Origin: Novosphingobium sp.
GTDB lineage: Bacteria > Pseudomonadota > Alphaproteobacteria > Sphingomonadales > Sphingomonadaceae
DNA length: 64,000 nucleotides
Direction: 5' to 3'
Assembly (NCBI GenBank): GCA_031372185.1
Contig: JANMKT010000029.1
Coordinates: 9,010 to 73,009 of the forward strand
Positions 9,715 through 19,193 of the stretch are shown here, piece after piece (within the stretch, counting starts at the first letter, position 1; each line of letters starts with the position of its first letter). The notes under the pieces were generated by a model that was given only the letters and a program-made list of their open reading frames with translations, had not been told where the DNA came from and made no database searches. A program made the translations under genes and the position numbers.

Positions 9715-12189
9715 TTGCCGATTATTTCTCTGCAAGACCAACGTGATCCCTTGGTTACCAATGGCTTGACGATTGTGGGCGCAGGGGCGGTTGGAATTGC
9801 GATCGCGGTCTATCTGGCACGGCGAGGAATAGCGGTGACCTTGCTTGAGGGCGGGCCGCAGACTCCGCCCGCTGATTACTCAAAAGCCAATATTGGCCCA
9901 AATGTTGGCCGTCAGCTTGATGGCTTGCTGGGCGGACGAATGAAGGCATTTGGCGGCACGACGCGCCTTTGGGGTGGCCAGTTGGTCCCGTTCGACGCCC
10001 CGGATTTCCAGGCGATCGATCAAGCGGGGCGAACGCTTTGGCCGATTGGCTACAATGATTTTCTTCCCTGGATCAGCGCTGCCTATGATCTTCTCGGCGT
10101 TAATGAGCAGTCTCGGCAAATCGACAAAATCTGGCAGAGCGCCGCGGGGCAGGATCCTGCGATTGGCCATGGCCTTCGCATGACGATGAATATCTGGCTG
10201 AGACAACCGGATTTCACCAAGCTGTTCGCCTCGGCCCTGGCAAACAACCCGCTGATCCGGGTTATTACGGACGCTGCCGTCCAGCAATTGCAGTTCACAG
10301 CCGACGGACGGGTTGATGCGCTGATGCTGCTGGCAGCGGATGGCTCTGAATATACGTGCAAGGCGGAGACCATCATCCTGGCGAATGGAACGCTCGAAAT
10401 TGCCCGTCTGCTGCTGAAGGCTCAAAAGCTGGATCCACACTGCCCGTTTCGCGAAAATCGCCATGTTGGCCGGTGGTTCATGGATCACCTGCACGGCCTT
10501 GCCGGCGAGATTGAGGTTCGCAAGCCCAAGCGACTGTCCACCTGGTTCGACAACGTCTATTTCGATGGCCACAAGTACAATGTGAAGATCCGGCAGGATG
10601 CATCAGGGCGCAAGGCAGGCGGATCGAACATTGCCGCAACGATCAACCCGCGGATGCAAGCGGGATCGGTGGCACGCGAGGCTAAGGATCTGATGCTGCG
10701 CCTCTTTGGCGGCAGAACTTCGCTGATCGCTGATTTGCGCGAGGGATTGGTATTGTTGCGCATCATTGCGCCTGTCGCCTGGCGCTACGTTGTCAAACGC
10801 CGCGCCGGGAGCCTCTTTGATCAGGGGGTTCATCTCGGCCTGGAGATCGAGCAGTTACCGACTTGGGACAGCTATCTGCTGCTGGATCCCGCGTCACCTC
10901 CCGAAACGGCCCCGGTAGGCGTGCATTGGCACGTCGATAATCGCGAAATGCCGGCCATTCGGCAATTCTGCGAGGCGGTAATAAGTGCCTTTGACGAGAG
11001 CGGCATCGGCAGCATCAAGCTGGACCCCCGGATTGTCGCCGAAGACATTGCATTCCTTGATGAATGCCATGATGCCAACCACCAGATGGGCGGCGCACGA
11101 ATGGCCGATTGTCGAGAAAATGGCGTGGTCGATCACGAGTGCCGCGTGTTCGGATCGCCCAATCTCTATATTGCCGGTGCCGCGACTTTTCCGTCAGGCA
11201 GCTTTGCCAATCCGACCTTGAGTGCAATCGCGCTTGGCCTAAGGGTTGCAGCGAAAGTCACGGAAGCCGGGAGGTCCCGGGACACAGTGATCAGTCGCCT
11301 CATCTTTGGGACTGCGCGTCTCACCGGAGGAGCAAGCAAGGCAGCCTCTATCCGGATGCTCGACATGGTCCTCGATGCCGGTGTGCGAGCCATCGACTGT
11401 GCGCCGCCCTACGGCATGGGTACCGCCGAGCAGGTCGTTGGCAAGGCCTTGCAGCGCCGGATGGACGGCAACATGATCGAGATCATTGCGAAGGTCGGCT
11501 TGCCACGGCCATCACACGCCTACCCCAAGACGTGGTTGCGCGCGATCAAGCGGTTGGTGAAGAAGCCGATGCCTGCCAATCTTTCGGGATGGGCGCCGGT
11601 TGAGGCGGCGAAAGCCTTTGGTGTGAGCGACTTTTCGGACGAAGCGCTCGGTGCGTCGGTGGCCCGGACGATTAAAAATCTTGGTCGATTTGATCGGTTG
11701 TTGCTGCATGAGTGCGGTCCCGATGAGTATACTCCAGACGTCGCAAAATCACTTGCAGCAATTGCCGGACAATGGGGCGCACAACCCGGCTATGCCTGGG
11801 GCGCCAAGTTTGACCCAACGCTCAATGCCTGCTTTCCTGCCGATTACATGGCCGAATGCGCCATTGATCCCGGCATACTGGCTGGAACTTCAGCACCGCC
11901 TTTGCGTCCGGGCATTCTGTTCCATTCGGTTGTTCCGACCATGGGCTACCTGATGGCCAACGATCCCGCATTTTCAAAAGTGCTTGAGAAAGCGGCAGAG
12001 TTCCTGCTTGCTTTCGACAAGCCGACAGCGCGGATTGCCGTAACCTATGCACTGGCCGCTGAGCGGGCACCAACGGCCCGGTTCGTCTTTGCCTCGAACG
12101 ATCCGGTGCGGTTGCATGCGCTTCTCGCTGCATTCCAGACAATTGACCGGGAGAATCTTCGATCAAAAATCGCAGCATTGTTCGCATGA
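9715..12189 (+). CDS. GMC-family FAD oxidoreductase fused to an aldo/keto reductase domain
   Basis: N-terminal GAGAVG FAD motif, HQMGGARM, FPSGSFANPTL; C-terminal IDCAPPYG, AKVG, LLLHE; one uninterrupted 824-aa ORF. Confidence 0.8.
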   Translation: MPIISLQDQRDPLVTNGLTIVGAGAVGIAIAVYLARRGIAVTLLEGGPQTPPADYSKANIGPNVGRQLDGLLGGRMKAFGGTTRLWGGQLVPFDAPDFQAIDQAGRTLWPIGYNDFLPWISAAYDLLGVNEQSRQIDKIWQSAAGQDPAIGHGLRMTMNIWLRQPDFTKLFASALANNPLIRVITDAAVQQLQFTADGRVDALMLLAADGSEYTCKAETIILANGTLEIARLLLKAQKLDPHCPFRENRHVGRWFMDHLHGLAGEIEVRKPKRLSTWFDNVYFDGHKYNVKIRQDASGRKAGGSNIAATINPRMQAGSVAREAKDLMLRLFGGRTSLIADLREGLVLLRIIAPVAWRYVVKRRAGSLFDQGVHLGLEIEQLPTWDSYLLLDPASPPETAPVGVHWHVDNREMPAIRQFCEAVISAFDESGIGSIKLDPRIVAEDIAFLDECHDANHQMGGARMADCRENGVVDHECRVFGSPNLYIAGAATFPSGSFANPTLSAIALGLRVAAKVTEAGRSRDTVISRLIFGTARLTGGASKAASIRMLDMVLDAGVRAIDCAPPYGMGTAEQVVGKALQRRMDGNMIEIIAKVGLPRPSHAYPKTWLRAIKRLVKKPMPANLSGWAPVEAAKAFGVSDFSDEALGASVARTIKNLGRFDRLLLHECGPDEYTPDVAKSLAAIAGQWGAQPGYAWGAKFDPTLNACFPADYMAECAIDPGILAGTSAPPLRPGILFHSVVPTMGYLMANDPAFSKVLEKAAEFLLAFDKPTARIAVTYALAAERAPTARFVFASNDPVRLHALLAAFQTIDRENLRSKIAALFA

Positions 12190-12547
12190 CACCAACCAGG
12201 AGGCCATTTCTTGCAAGCAGATTTTGCCGATTGGGCTGACATAGCCAGCTGAAAAACGCTGTCTATGTCAGCCTCTTCCGATCATTCGCAAACCGTCAAA
12301 GAAATAGTTGGCGCCAAATCCGATCGGAGAACCGCGAACCTTGTAGTAGAGCGCGGCCATGCTCATTGCTGCCCGCCATTGGCTGCACACGGGTTGAATG
12401 CATAGGCGCTGCCGCAGGATAACTTCCTCAGTCTCCTCAGGGGGAAACCGGAAGTGCCGTGGCGGATTGGGCCTTGTCGACTGATGTTTCGCGCGTTTGA
12501 TGAATGAACGCGAGACCTGCCGGTCGATTGCAGCTATCGGGCCACGC

Positions 12548-13330
12548 ATGAAGCCCGAACAATTGTCTCTCGCGGATGGCTCAGGCAAGCTGCTGCTGGC
12601 TTCGATCCATGACGTCGGTCCGCGCTTTGAGCGCGAAGTCGATCAGCTTGCGGAGCTGCTGGTGCGGTGCCTGGGCGAACCGCGGTTTGCCATGCTGGTT
12701 GTGCCTGATCACTGGGGAGCGGCGCCGTTGCGCGAGGCTCCAGCCTTCGGCCGAAACCTGCGTGAGTGGTCCGACCAGGGCGTCGAGATATTCGTCCACG
12801 GCTGGTACCACAAAGACGAGGCCCGCCATTCACGGTTGGATCAAATAAAGGCACGGGTTCTTACCGCCAGCGAAGGTGAGTTTCTTGGCCTCGACCGACA
12901 GATCGCCGCGCAGCGAATGGCTGATGGCAAGGCATTGATTGAGGACATTATTGGCCGACCAGCCGCTGGCTTCATCGCGCCAGCCTGGCTTTATGGCCCG
13001 GGCGCGCATCAGGCACTGGCGCAGAGTGGCTTTGCCCTGGCCGAAGACCATATGCGGGTCTGGCAGCCCGCCACCGGTCATGTTGTCGCGCGCGGTCCGG
13101 TGATGACATGGGCCAGCCGGAGCCGATCGCGCCAGCTGAGTTCGCTCGCCTTTGCCGGACTTGCGCGATATTGCTTGCAAGGTCTGAAAGTGGCACGGGT
13201 CGCCGTTCACCCTGGTGATACCAGCGTTCCTGCACTGCTGGGAAGTATCGAGAAGACACTGAAAGCCTTCGCCAGGCGCAGACCGGCAGGGCGCTACGCC
13301 GATCTGCTGCGAGGACCAGCCATCGCATGA
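12548..13330 (+). CDS. polysaccharide deacetylase family (DUF2334-like)
   Basis: SIHDV, HGWYH, EGEF, GFIAPAW, RVAVHP motifs. Confidence 0.8.
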   Translation: MKPEQLSLADGSGKLLLASIHDVGPRFEREVDQLAELLVRCLGEPRFAMLVVPDHWGAAPLREAPAFGRNLREWSDQGVEIFVHGWYHKDEARHSRLDQIKARVLTASEGEFLGLDRQIAAQRMADGKALIEDIIGRPAAGFIAPAWLYGPGAHQALAQSGFALAEDHMRVWQPATGHVVARGPVMTWASRSRSRQLSSLAFAGLARYCLQGLKVARVAVHPGDTSVPALLGSIEKTLKAFARRRPAGRYADLLRGPAIA

Positions 13331-14454
13331 TGGAACCCATCAAGATCGCCGTGCCGATCCATAGTTTCGAGCCGGGCGGGGTTGAGCGGGTGGCACTCAA
13401 CCTGTGCCACGCGTGGACCGATTCCGGCGATGTCGTGAAAGTCGTGCTGGGGCGGCGCGACGGCGCCATGGCGCAGGTGGCACCCGGCCTCGATTACGTC
13501 GTTCGCAAAAGCATTATCCCAACCGCCTCCTTCGAGACCTTGTGGATGATCTGGTGCCTCTGGCGATTTCTCAGGCGTGAGGCAGTCGATCTGCTGTTCT
13601 GCCCGGGCAACAGCTACTCGGTGGTCGCCGTCGCGATGAAACTGCTGCTGGGAAGGCGTTGCCCGCCAGTGGTCGCAAAGATCAGCAACGATCTGGCCCG
13701 TCTTGATATGATTCCACCGGTACGTTGGGGCTATCGGCGCTGGCTGCGTCTGCAGGGACGCATCATTGAACGGTTCACCGGCATGGTCGAGGAAATGCGC
13801 GATGAAATCGCCAATGCAACCGGTGTGGCAGCGGCGCGGATCACAATAATCAAGGATCCGGCATTGACTGCGGAACAATTTGCCGTGCTTTCCGCAATTG
13901 GACGCGATGCTAGCGAACCGGAAGTGTCCCGCTACCTCGCTGTCGGCAGGCTGGCTCCGCAGAAGAACTTCGCACTTTTAATCCGCGCCTTCGCTGCGGC
14001 TGCACCATCCTACAGTGAGCTGGTAATCCTGGGCGAGGGGCCGGAGCGGCCTGCTCTGGAAGCTTTGGCTGCTAAGTTCGGCGTTGCAGATCGGGTATCG
14101 CTACCGGGGCACTGCAACGATACAGCAGCATGGTACCAAAACAGTTCCGCCTTCGTGATGTCCTCCGACTACGAGGGTGTTCCGGCCGTGATAATCGAGG
14201 CGCTGGCAGCAGGACTGCCTGTTGTAGCTACCGCTTGCAGCGTGGGCATGCCCGGATTGCTTGGCCATGGTGCCTTCGGTTTGCTTGTCCCCGCTCGAGA
14301 TGAAATCGGCTTTGGCAAGGCCCTGGAACGAATTCATGGGTTCCCCTTTGATGCTGCGGTGGCAAGATCAGCGGCAAACGCGTTCACCCTGGCGCAAGCA
14401 GCGCCGCGCTACCGGTCACTTTTTGTGGAAACGGCAGCTCCACGCGGACACTAA
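13327..14454 (+). CDS. GT4 glycosyltransferase (WabH/PglJ-like)
   Basis: GGVERV, AVGRLAPQKNF, SSDYEGVPAVIIEALAAG. Confidence 0.9.
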   Translation: MMEPIKIAVPIHSFEPGGVERVALNLCHAWTDSGDVVKVVLGRRDGAMAQVAPGLDYVVRKSIIPTASFETLWMIWCLWRFLRREAVDLLFCPGNSYSVVAVAMKLLLGRRCPPVVAKISNDLARLDMIPPVRWGYRRWLRLQGRIIERFTGMVEEMRDEIANATGVAAARITIIKDPALTAEQFAVLSAIGRDASEPEVSRYLAVGRLAPQKNFALLIRAFAAAAPSYSELVILGEGPERPALEALAAKFGVADRVSLPGHCNDTAAWYQNSSAFVMSSDYEGVPAVIIEALAAGLPVVATACSVGMPGLLGHGAFGLLVPARDEIGFGKALERIHGFPFDAAVARSAANAFTLAQAAPRYRSLFVETAAPRGH

Positions 14455-14570
14455 TATAAAAGACCTCAAATTCGATTACACCGTTCTGTAAGAATGAACC
14501 TGCACAAGCTGCGGAGTTTTCGTGTCCACGGCGTCAAAACTTTAGTCGCTGAACAACAAGGTCTGGATTA

Positions 14571-15503
14571 ATGCATCAAGAGACCCTCGGGCGTAGTCTG
14601 ACGACATCGAGGCTGGCTGGCCTGCTTCCTTCGGGCGAAAGATTGGGAACGCGCCGATTAGCGGGATTGTTCAGTGTTCTGATGTCGCTGGCGCTCCTGG
14701 TGATGGTGGCGGTTCAGTTCCACCGCCTTTCGGTTCCCCTGATGGCCGAAATGATCCCGGCATCCTTGGGATTCTGGGTTGTTTTCGTGCTCTATTATCT
14801 GGCAGGTCCATTCAGCGAATGGCTGATTTATCGTAAGCTGTGGAATCTTCCAGCAGCCGGGATCGGCGCATTGCTGCGCAAACTCGTCAGCAATGAACTG
14901 TTGCTCGGCTATCTGGGCGAGGCACAGTTCTATGCATGGGCGCGCGGTCGCCTGAACATGACAACCGCTCCCTTCGGCGCCATCAAGGATGTCACCATCC
15001 TTTCGGCACTGACTGGCAACATTGTCACCTTGATGATGCTAGCCTTGGCCTGGCCATTGGTAACCACCGGTGCGATCGGGATAGAGCTGAAAACGGCGTT
15101 TCTGTCTCTTGGCGTGGTGTTGGTCACTTCGTTGCTGATTTGGCTGTTTCGCCAGAGGCTGTTCACCCTGCCAAAAATTGACCTGTGGTTCATTTCCATC
15201 GTCCATGTTGTGCGGATAGTGGTTTTGCTCGGCCTGTCCGCACTGATGTGGCATCTGGTCTTGCCGCAGGTTGCGCTGGGCATGTGGCTGGTTCTGGCAA
15301 CGCTGCGCATGCTGGTTTCCAGACTTCCCTTTGTTCCCAACAAGGACGTCGTATTTGCCGGGCTTGCAGTCTTCCTGCTGGGGCACGAAGGACTGATTAT
15401 CAGTCTGATGGCGATGATGGCAGCAATTCTGCTTGTCACTCATCTCTGCGTTGGCGCGGCTTTCGCCGTAGCGGATCTAGTTGATTCCAGGAGAATTACA
15501 TGA
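14571..15503 (+). CDS. polytopic membrane protein, possible flippase-like (LPG synthase TM-like)
   Basis: About 8 hydrophobic segments; located inside the glycosyltransferase cluster; family call tentative. Confidence 0.55.
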   Translation: MHQETLGRSLTTSRLAGLLPSGERLGTRRLAGLFSVLMSLALLVMVAVQFHRLSVPLMAEMIPASLGFWVVFVLYYLAGPFSEWLIYRKLWNLPAAGIGALLRKLVSNELLLGYLGEAQFYAWARGRLNMTTAPFGAIKDVTILSALTGNIVTLMMLALAWPLVTTGAIGIELKTAFLSLGVVLVTSLLIWLFRQRLFTLPKIDLWFISIVHVVRIVVLLGLSALMWHLVLPQVALGMWLVLATLRMLVSRLPFVPNKDVVFAGLAVFLLGHEGLIISLMAMMAAILLVTHLCVGAAFAVADLVDSRRIT

Positions 15504-16030
15504 AGCGTCTGTCGATCATCCCGGCCTTGCTCGTCGTGGCCGCCGCGCCGGTTCCATCATCCCCCGATCTTGGCAAAGCCGAGGGGCTTTGCCGCGTTGG
15601 CGAAACCGGTCCTGCGCTGCTGATTGCAATCGATGGCCTCAAGGACCGGCAAGGATCGCTCAAGCTGGAGGTCTATCCATCCAATGATGCAGATTTTCTC
15701 CAGGATGACAATTTATTGATCAATGCCGGCAAGACCTTCCGGCGAGTTGAGCAGCCGGTCCCATCGTCAGGTCCTGTCACCCTGTGCATTCGGATTCCCG
15801 GCCCGGGTGCCTACAGCGTCTCGCTGCTTCACGACCGCGATATGAACCGAAAATTCGGCTGGACCATCGACGGGATTGGTTTCTCGGGTAATCCACGCCT
15901 TGGCTGGAGCAAGCCACACGCTGCAATCACGCGCATTATGGCCGCTGCAGGGGTCACGCGCACCGCGATCGTCCTCAACTACAAGCGTGGCCTGGGTGTC
16001 GCACCACTGCGACAGGCAGGAGCACGATAG
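15500..16030 (+). CDS. DUF2141 family secreted protein
   Basis: Signal peptide; GAYSVSLLHDRDMN...GIGFSGNP. Confidence 0.8.
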   Translation: MKRLSIIPALLVVAAAPVPSSPDLGKAEGLCRVGETGPALLIAIDGLKDRQGSLKLEVYPSNDADFLQDDNLLINAGKTFRRVEQPVPSSGPVTLCIRIPGPGAYSVSLLHDRDMNRKFGWTIDGIGFSGNPRLGWSKPHAAITRIMAAAGVTRTAIVLNYKRGLGVAPLRQAGAR

Positions 16031-17184
16031 TGAAAATAGTCGATGTCTGTGCGTTCTTTTCGCCGCAGGGGGGCGGGGTGAAGACCTATATCGAACAGAA
16101 GCTGGCAATCGGTCCTTCACTCGGTCATGACATCACCGTGCTGGCGCCCGGCGACAGTCATGAGGTGATCGAACGTGGCCCCGGTGCGCGGATCGTCACA
16201 ATCCCTTCGCCCCGTTTCCCGCTTGACCGCAAATACTGGTATTTCGCCGATGAGGTGGCGCTGCATGCTGCACTCGATGCCCAAGCACCCGATTTCGTCG
16301 AGGTCTCCTCGCCGTGGCGCAGCCCGGCGATGGTCGCGCGCTGGCAAGGTCAGGTACCCCGATCACTGATCATGCATGCAGACCCGCTTTCTGCCTACGC
16401 CTATCGCTGGCTCGAACCGGTGCTCTCGCGAGAGACAATCGACCGAAGGTTTGAGCCCTTCTGGTCACATTTGCGCACGCTGGGCCACTCTTTCGATCGT
16501 GTCGTTTGTGCCAGCCAGGAATTGCGCGAGCGGCTCGCTGCGGGCGGTGTGACCAACACGGCGCTGCATCCCATGGGTATCGAGGCCGGGTTGTTTTCGC
16601 CCGCCCGTCGCAACCTGCAACTGCGTCGCCAGCTTCTGGCGCTCTGCGACCTGACCGAGGATGCGCATTTGCTGATCGGCGTCGGGAGATTGTCAGCCGA
16701 GAAGCGCTGGCCAATGATTGTCGATGCAGTGGCAGCTGCCAGCCAATCGCGTCCGATCGGGTTGGTCGTTCTGGGCCACGGTAATCAGGAACACCGCATC
16801 GCGCGCCAGATTGCCGGCAATCCCCACATTCAAATCTTGAAGCCTGAACGCAATCGCGAAGCCTTCGCCGCGATGCTCGCCAGTGCTGATGCGCTGGTTC
16901 ACGGCTGCGAAGCGGAAACCTTTTGTATGGCCGCAGCCGAAGCGCGCGCCAGCGGGGTTCCAGTCGTCGTCCCGGACCGGGGCGGAGCGACTGACCATGC
17001 CCGAGATGGCGCAGGACAGACCTACCGGGCGGGAAATGCCTTGTCGGCGGCCAATGCGATCGGCAGAGTGCTCGAAAATTCACAACCTGTTGCCGTCACT
17101 GGGCAGGTGACCATGCAAGACCATTTCCGCGCATTGTTTGCCGACTATGCCGAGCTTGCCAGCAGGACTAGGCGGGTCGCCTGA
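16030..17184 (+). CDS. GT4 glycosyltransferase
   Basis: GGGVKTY, GVGRLSAEKR, ETFCMAAAEARASG. Confidence 0.88.
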   Translation: MKIVDVCAFFSPQGGGVKTYIEQKLAIGPSLGHDITVLAPGDSHEVIERGPGARIVTIPSPRFPLDRKYWYFADEVALHAALDAQAPDFVEVSSPWRSPAMVARWQGQVPRSLIMHADPLSAYAYRWLEPVLSRETIDRRFEPFWSHLRTLGHSFDRVVCASQELRERLAAGGVTNTALHPMGIEAGLFSPARRNLQLRRQLLALCDLTEDAHLLIGVGRLSAEKRWPMIVDAVAAASQSRPIGLVVLGHGNQEHRIARQIAGNPHIQILKPERNREAFAAMLASADALVHGCEAETFCMAAAEARASGVPVVVPDRGGATDHARDGAGQTYRAGNALSAANAIGRVLENSQPVAVTGQVTMQDHFRALFADYAELASRTRRVA

Positions 17185-18310
17185 CGGTTTTCAGCACGCG
17201 GCTGCCCAATCGCGAAATTGCCAGATCGACAGCACCCTCTTCGTGGTTCTGGGCGAAACGAAACAGCGTTGCCGTTACTATTGCCCAGGCTGACAGATGG
17301 ACAAGTGCCGCAAGGGCCGGCTGCGCCGAAAACCCGGTCTCGACCGCATGTGAAGTGCGCATGAACAGGACTATCGCTGCGATGCCGATGAATGCACCCG
17401 CACCACCGCTCTTGCGGCGTGGCGGCACGGCAAGCGCCAATGCAACCCACGGCAGGGCGAGGCAGAAGATTGCACTGGAAATGCGCGCCAGAAGGGCCGA
17501 CATAGCTGGACTTGTTTCACTCACCCGCACCTGCTCAAGCGCAGCTTTGCGCCCAAGCTCAAGCGACGGCATCCGATCAAGCCGGTCGAGCAGTGGCAGA
17601 CGGATTGCCTGTTCTTGCTTCAGATCAAATGCCATCCGGTATTTTCCGAAACGCAAGACCCGGTTCTGACCATCGGCTTGTCTCTGCACCGCGAGTCCAT
17701 TTTCGAGCTCAAGTTCGATCCGCCCGTCTTGACCCCTTCTCGCGTTGGCATGCGCAGCCGAATAGGTCGTATCGCCGCGACTGATAAAGACGCTTCCGAC
17801 ACCGGTTTGTCCAACCGATACGGGGGCAGCATAAAGATCGGTCTGACTGTCGAGCGAGATGAATTCATCGAGTGGAATAGGCAGCCCGAAGGTACCGTTG
17901 CGGACCTCGATTGAAATCTCATCAAGCGCGCGTTCGCCCCATGGCTCAACCTCCATCCTGATTGCCAACAAGGTCAGGGCCGCCAATGCGGCGATCAGCA
18001 TCGGTGCAAGCAGCATACGCGCGGGTGACTGACCCAATGCAGCGAACAATTGCCACTCGCCGCGCCGCGCCATCGAACGAATTGCCCACGCCGGGGCAAT
18101 GAAGCTGGCGAGTGGCAGAGCAACGGCGAGATATTCCGGAATCAGTGCTGACATCATACGGATCATCAGCAGAGCCGGGGCGTTGGTTCCCCCCGCAATG
18201 CCCCAGAGCCGCGGAATGTTCTCGAGACTCAACATGGCGACCACAATGGCAAGTGTGGCAACGAAGGGCGCGAATTCCTGACGCGCAAGATAGCGGTCCA
18301 GGTCTGTCAT
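17168..18310 (-). CDS. LptF/LptG family permease (stand-alone paralog)
   Basis: LDRYLARQ, ALIPEYL..ALP, GEWQLFAALG, periplasmic beta-rich region, three C-terminal TM helices; ATG 18310 (alternative TTG 18340). Confidence 0.8.
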   Translation of the reverse strand: MTDLDRYLARQEFAPFVATLAIVVAMLSLENIPRLWGIAGGTNAPALLMIRMMSALIPEYLAVALPLASFIAPAWAIRSMARRGEWQLFAALGQSPARMLLAPMLIAALAALTLLAIRMEVEPWGERALDEISIEVRNGTFGLPIPLDEFISLDSQTDLYAAPVSVGQTGVGSVFISRGDTTYSAAHANARRGQDGRIELELENGLAVQRQADGQNRVLRFGKYRMAFDLKQEQAIRLPLLDRLDRMPSLELGRKAALEQVRVSETSPAMSALLARISSAIFCLALPWVALALAVPPRRKSGGAGAFIGIAAIVLFMRTSHAVETGFSAQPALAALVHLSAWAIVTATLFRFAQNHEEGAVDLAISRLGSRVLKTVRRPA

Positions 18311-18740
18311 TGGACGAGGAATCAAGGCCAAAACGAACAACCAGCTTGCAAAGTTGTGTTCAAGGTCGATGGGGGCGGGTCAAAATCCACGAGAATTAGA
18401 CGCCGCACTTGGCGGATGTCCCCAGCTCTGGCCCGATCTGATGCACGTTGATCATTTATTCGATGCTGTTAGCCTAAACACAACTCCTGGTGAAGCGATA
18501 ACCCACCTAACTGATCGCGTTCGACGAGCCGAACCTATTTCTGGTTCCAAGCAAGCTTTCAAATAGCGAATGGGTAAATATCCTGAGCATGACCATGCCA
18601 GTCTGGGTTGAGAACTGGACAGCAAACATGAACGGAAGAAAGGTGTGCTTTTGCATGGATACCTATTCCATGAACCACCCGTGGCTAACGATCAGCGACT
18701 GACCAGTGAGCGCGTTACTGACGAACCCGGCGAATAGCAG

Positions 18741-18872
18741 ATAACTGACCTTTTTGAAACGCTGAGCGATCAGGTGGCAGCAACGGAAGCGGGCGACCTA
18801 TCAGGACAGCGGGCCATGCTGGTCACACAATCGCTTGCGCTCAATGCGATCTTTTTGGACTTGGATGCCTGA
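18741..18872 (+). pseudogene. degraded gene fragment in a low-GC island at the tRNA-Ser 3' end
   Basis: Startless frame ITDLFETLSDQVAATEAGDLSGQRAMLVTQSLALNAIF after an in-frame TAG; from memory resembles hypothetical proteins of tRNA-integrated elements (unverified). Confidence 0.3.
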
Positions 18873-19009
18873 AGATTCGTTCTAGCCGTGATGTAGCGCC
18901 GCGCCCTTGATCTTAGCTCGCGTTCGTTGCCTAGCACGCGCTCTATCGGGGAGCGTCTATGGGAATGACACCAGAAACTCATAAATTACTGAGAAATATC
19001 AATATTAAA

Positions 19010-19099
19010 TGGCGGACAGGGTGGGATTCGAACCCACGGTGAGCTTCCACCCACGACGGTTTTCAAGACCGTTGCCTTAAACCACTCGGCCACCTGTCC
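19010..19099 (-). tRNA. tRNA-Ser(TGA)
   Basis: GGACAGG acceptor stem, anticodon arm ACGGT-CTTGAAA-ACCGT, long variable arm, GGTTCGAATCC, encoded CCA; 90 nt. Confidence 0.97.
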
Positions 19100-19193
19100 T
19101 GTGAGCGGTGAAAAGCCGCTAGCGCCAGACAAGCCGTTTGCCAACCATGCTTTGCCGTTTTCATCTCGCTCTGCCTGTGCGACTACACCGGGA

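Noticed and set aside
12268-12366. Lasso peptide or other RiPP precursor
   Set aside because: No leader Thr(-2)/ring-acid pattern and no cyclase, peptidase or other maturases nearby.
18354-18982. Short ORFs 18354-18566 and 18770-18982 as genes
   Set aside because: No motifs or start signals; better explained as a decayed island.
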